From assembly GCF_036321535.1 (NCBI RefSeq), contig NC_087462.1, positions 4,960,001 through 5,024,000 on the forward strand: a stretch of DNA of 64,000 nt. Reading direction: 5' to 3'. A program made the position numbers and the translations under genes. Shown one piece after another: positions 59,401 through 64,000 of the stretch. The stretch comes from Camelus dromedarius (lineage: Eukaryota). Below the pieces are notes generated by a model, which saw nothing but the letters and a program-made list of their open reading frames with translations, had not been told where the DNA came from and made no database searches. The stretch's first letter is position 1, and each line of letters opens with the position of its first letter.

Positions 59401-60205
59401 ACGTCCCAGGGACTCAGCTGAGACCTGGGACACAGCCACCCTCCCACACTCACCTTTTTTTCCTGGATCAGTCGTGACCCCCTTACAGGACTAAGAAAAA
59501 ATGTCACTTTTCAAGGAGTTACACGACTGGCTCCAGAAGAAGACAATTGCTCTCTACGGTTGGGCGGGTATTCCTGCTGCTGGGGAGTCTGGTTACCGCA
59601 ATACAGGTGCTTAGTGCCACTAGGCGAGGGCAGAGGGAAAGATTATGTTTATTTTGTTTTATCTTGCCCTAAAATGTGAATTTTTATTTCATCACCATCA
59701 TTCACTCACTCACTCATTCATTCAATGAGATGCTGGACACTGTCTTGGGCACTTGGGGCTGCTGTGGTGAATGAGCCGGACAAAAATCTCTGCCCTTGGA
59801 TCTGATGTCAAATGTCAGGTGGCGATGACTGCCAGGGAGAGACATAAAGCAGATAAGAGGAGAGCTGGCAGAGGTGCTGTTTAAATGGTGATGCGGGAAG
59901 GCTCTCTGATGTTTGAGCTGGGACCCCTGCAGGGGATAGGAGAGCCAGCCTTCACAGACCAGAGGGGGCTGGGGACCCCAGCAGAGGGAACCGCATGTGC
60001 AAAGGGCAAAGAACAGCCCGCAAGGCCCTGCATGGCTGCCGCCTTGGAGCCGCTGGGCTGGTGGTGCAGGGTGTGTTGGAAGAGCATTGAGGAGGTTGGT
60101 GTGACAAGCGGAGTGAGCCCAGATGCAGCCACCGCCCCAAACTGAGCACAGGGATGCCTGTCATCCCCTGCCTCCTCCCCGCCCCCACTGCCCACATTCC
60201 TTATC

Positions 60206-60305
60206 TTTTTTTTTTTTTAATTCTTTTCAAAATTTGTAATAGTGTCCTAGGGATTGAACCCAGGATCTCAGGCATGCTTAACACTGAGCTCTGCCCCCCT
60301 TCCCC
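60206..60305 (-). mobile_element. Camelid tRNA-derived SINE with a clear target-site duplication
   Basis: Flanked on both sides by cacattccttatctttt. Confidence 0.85.
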
Positions 60306-61159
60306 CGACCCCTGCACATTCCTTATCTTTTCATGGGTCCTGCCTCTCCTCTTCCACGACTCCACCCCCAGTCACCATCCTCCCTCCTGGACCATGGTGG
60401 CAGTCCCCTCTCTGGCAGACACATGACCACAACTTTCCCCAGCTTACAACCCTCCATGGCTCCCCCACCTGGAGTTCAAAGGCTTTACCCAGTCAGCCTC
60501 TCCAGCGATACCTCCCTCCACTTCCTACTAGATTCCCCAGGCACCTGAGAGCACAGAACTCACACCACTCTCTCATACCTCAGGGCCTTTGCACTGACAG
60601 CTCCCCATGCCTGGGGTGCCAGGCTGGCCTGCAGTGAGAGTTTGCATGGAGGCCTCCCTGACTGCAGAGTTTGGGCCAGGGGCCTCCTCTGAGTCCCCCA
60701 TCCTCAACCAGTCCTCTGTATTCCCCTTACCCCAGCCCTGAGCTCTTGCATTAGATGGGCCTCGCCTGGGACCTGGAGCTCCCTGAGGGCAGGACCTTCC
60801 TGGAGGGACCCTGAGCTCACAGCCACATACGCCTCCTGCCCCGTGCTCCCCTTCTCAACCCTCACCCATGCGAAGAGCAGGTCCACAGGAAGAGGGCAGG
60901 TGCATGTGGGATGGAAAGGGGCTGGCTCTGTGTCTTTGCCTCTTGGAGCCTCGGTATCTGGAGCCTGGCCGGTTCTGTTTTTTGTGTTGTTAGGGGTGGG
61001 GAGGGCCTGGAGAGGGGCCTAGGATGTATAGGACACAGAGGCTGGCATGTCCACCTCCTTCCTTCTGGAGAGCCTCCAGGCCCAGTGCCCACTCCCTTCA
61101 GCCCCTCCAGGCCCCAGCACACCCCCAGGGATCAGGGGGCTGAGATGGCCCTCCTGGGA

Positions 61160-61545
61160 CTCCTGAGAGCATTCCAGGCCTGCGCTGGGACATTCTAGAG
61201 AGGATCTGTTTTCTTACCTTTTTCAGCTTCTAGAGGCCCCCCACATTCCTTGGCTTGTGGCCCCTTCCTCCATCTTCAAAGTCAGCAGGGTAGTGTCTGC
61301 CCATCTCTCTCTGACTTTGCTTCTGTTATCTCCTTTCCTCTGACTGATCCACCTGCCTCACTCTTAGAAGGGATCTTGTGATGACATTGGGCTCACCTGG
61401 ATAATCAGAGATCATCTCCCCAGTTCCAGATTCTTAACCTAATCTCAGCTGCAAGGTCCCTTCCACCCTGTAAGGTCCCTTCCACCCTGTAAGGTCATAT
61501 CTTCATAGGTTCCAGCGATTAGGATGGGAACATCTTTGAGGGCAA
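61160..61545. mobile_element. MaLR (MLT1-type) solo LTR
   Basis: cttctagaggccccccacattccttggcttgtggccccttcctccatcttcaaagtcagc; contains a 19-bp tandem duplication at about 61453-61490. Confidence 0.75.
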
Positions 61546-62651
61546 TTGTTCGGCTGAGCACAGCACCTGAGGAGGTGAAGTTCTTATTACTGTTTCCCCT
61601 TGATGGAGACAGAAACTGAGGCAAAGAGGGGTCAAGTCACACGCCCAGGCCCTCCCAGCGAGTGAGTGGCTAGCACAGGTCTAGACCATGAGCTTTCTGT
61701 CTGCATCTGCCAAATTCGCCCATACAAGCCATGAGAGAGTGGGTCTGGGGACATAGGAGAGGCAAGAGTTGGGGGTGAGGGTGTCACGGTGGACAGGGAA
61801 GGAAGGGGCAGCCAAGAGCTGGAGGAGAGTGCATTCCCGCCCTGGGGCCTTCCCCAGGCACCTTAGCCAACCCGGCAAGAGGCCTTGGGATGACAGGGGG
61901 TTTCCTGGGACTGGGGGGAGGGAGGCGGGAGGTTGGAAAGGACAGGCTACTCTGTTCCAAGGCCATTTCCTTGGAAAGTGGGGTGACAGATATGGCTGTT
62001 CCATCCAGGAAACCCTGGCTGGGCTCCCATGTCACTTCTGACTTGTTGACTCAGCCCCAGAGAGTGGGGTCATCTGGTCACTCAGGGGGCTGTTGGTGGG
62101 GACACCTACTGGCAAAGGATGAGAGCCTGCTTCCCAGCACAAGCCGCCTTGGAGACTGGAAGTCTCCAAGGCAGGCCCCCCTTTCCTCCCCCACCTCAGT
62201 CCTCAGGCTTTTCCAGAACATTCTACCTCCAATCTCACCACGTGGGCACATCACTTTCTGTCCCTCCTCCTCACCTCCTCCTCTCCCTGGCCGACTGTGC
62301 ACCCCAGGAAGGCAGCAACCACAACCCGAACCCCAACATTTCATTATGACAATTTTCAAGGGTACAGAAAAGTTGAATTTTAGAATGAAAACCCATCCCA
62401 AGATTCTACAATCAACATTTTCTATATTTGCTTTATTACAAACCTCTTCATCCATCCACCCTTCAGTCTCTCTGGCTTTTCATGCATTTCAAAGTAAGCT
62501 GCAGGCATTAGCCCACTTCAGCCCCCTAAATACTCAAGATCCCCCTAAATACTGCAGCCTGCAGATTGTGAACCAGAGGCCGATGTTCGTTGGCCACTTT
62601 TCTTACTTTTTTTCCTTCTGAGTAAAATGACAGAATGAAATGCACAGGCGG

Positions 62652-62800
62652 GGAGGGGGGAGGTAATATCTCTGTGGTAGAGCGCGTGCTTAGCACGCAT
62701 GAGGTCCTGGGTTCAATCCCCAGTACCTCAGTTGAAATAAATAATTAAACCTAATTACCTTCCCCCAAAACTAAAACAAAAAATAAATAAAACCTTAAAA
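62652..62800 (+). mobile_element. Camelid tRNA-derived SINE
   Basis: ggtagagcgcgtgcttagcacgcatgaggtcctgggttcaatccccagtacctc plus an A-rich tail. Confidence 0.85.
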
Positions 62801-63811
62801 ATGTTCTCCCCAAGCAACCAGAGCCCCAACACGTCCCTGAGTATTGGGACGCAAAAGGGCGCAACCACTTTGGAAAATTCTTTGGCAGTTTCTTATAAAG
62901 TCAGTCACTTGGCTACTATCTGACCCACTCCCACTCCCAGGCATTTACTCAGGAGAAATGAAAACTTGAAGCATAAGATCTGTGCAAGAATATCCCTAGC
63001 AGCTAATTGTCACGTCCAAGGTGCGTGGAGCAGAAGTGGGGGACCGTACATGACCCCTGCACACAGCCCCAGCAGCGGGCGGGCAGGCCACCTAAGCCAC
63101 GCCTCCTGCCCACCCCACCCATCTGCCCCTTACCTCTGCTAAAGAGCCAGCCCGCCCCACCTCGGGCCATGAGCAAGGGCACCTGTTACTTGTTCTGCCT
63201 CCCTGGTGCTGTAGCACGGATCCCAATAAAGCCTTGCCTGAATTTCTCATTTGGCCTCTTATCAACTTCTATTGATTAAAGTGTCCAAAGACCCAGGCTG
63301 CTATCACCTATATAAGTAACTCAACTCAACAAAAACCACTGGAATCACCTGTAATAAACATGAAAGTTTAATAAACTTTTATGGGTGTTAAAACACCCAT
63401 AACATGGCAATCACTGCTGGAGATCTAACTATAACCTTCCCCTCACCTAACAACACACACATGGAATTTACCCTCACTAGGGTGGCCAAATGTGTCTGTT
63501 TTTCTTGAGCAGTGCTGGTCTGCACTTGTCCCAGGTATAATTCTTTTTAAAAATTATTTTAAAAATCCATTTTATTGAAATATAATGTATACGCAATAAA
63601 ATGCACCAATTTATCACATCAACTGGGTTGATGTCTATCCAAAAAGAAAAAGAAAAAAAAAACAGAAAATAACAATGTTGGCGAGGATGTGAAGAAATTG
63701 GAACCCTTGTGCTTTGCCGGTGGAATGTAAAATGGCGCACTCTGGTAAAAGGTCCCAGGTCCCAGCCTGGGTCACAGGCTCTTACAGATGTGCTAAAGAG
63801 ATGTTAAAGGT

Positions 63812-63927
63812 GGGGAGTGTGTAGCTCAGGGGCAGAGTGCGTGCTTAGCACGCGCGAAGTCCTGGGTTCAATCCCCAGTCCCTCCATTAAAAAAAATAGA
63901 TAAATAAACCTAAACAAACAAACAAAA
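63812..63927 (+). mobile_element. Camelid tRNA-derived SINE
   Basis: ggggagtgtgtagctcaggggcagagtgcgtgcttagcacgc ... (AAAC)n tail. Confidence 0.85.
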
Positions 63928-64000
63928 ATATGTTAAAGGACTACCACAGATGGCCGCTGTGTTAGAGGCGGATATGGGTGAGCTCCAGGTAAGCATCTGT

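Noticed and set aside
53300-64000. CLEC4G or CD209 exons expected beyond FCER2
   Set aside because: No C-type lectin or neck-repeat exon was found by eye; they probably lie right of the window.

Overview
Mammalian genomic DNA, not microbial. It is almost certainly camelid, judged from a tRNA-derived 'GGGGAGGGTATAGCTCAGTGGTAGAG' SINE family and artiodactyl-type L1 3' ends. The window is syntenic with human 19p13.2. Gene order: PCP2 (minus, 3' exon off-window; two alternative ATG-bearing first exons), STXBP2 (plus, 19 exons, 593 aa), RETN (plus, 108 aa), MCEMP1 (plus, 7 exons, 196 aa), TRAPPC5 (plus, 188 aa) and FCER2/CD23 (minus, CD23a 289 aa). All exon chains were rebuilt by hand with GT-AG boundaries and consistent phase. 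Intergenic DNA is rich in SINE, L1, LTR, MIR and DNA-transposon relics, and there are four N gaps. The most unusual features cluster in FCER2: (1) a 26 x 12-bp repeat fused in frame to the lectin exon, with in-phase upstream acceptors that would add a Thr/Pro mucin-like stalk; (2) a CD23b first exon whose expected donor reads CT, with an in-phase GT donor 39 nt further on; (3) an inverted repeat that could loop out the terminal coding exon; (4) an intact EPN/WND sugar-binding motif. Comparisons with human or mouse sequences come from memory and need checking by alignment.
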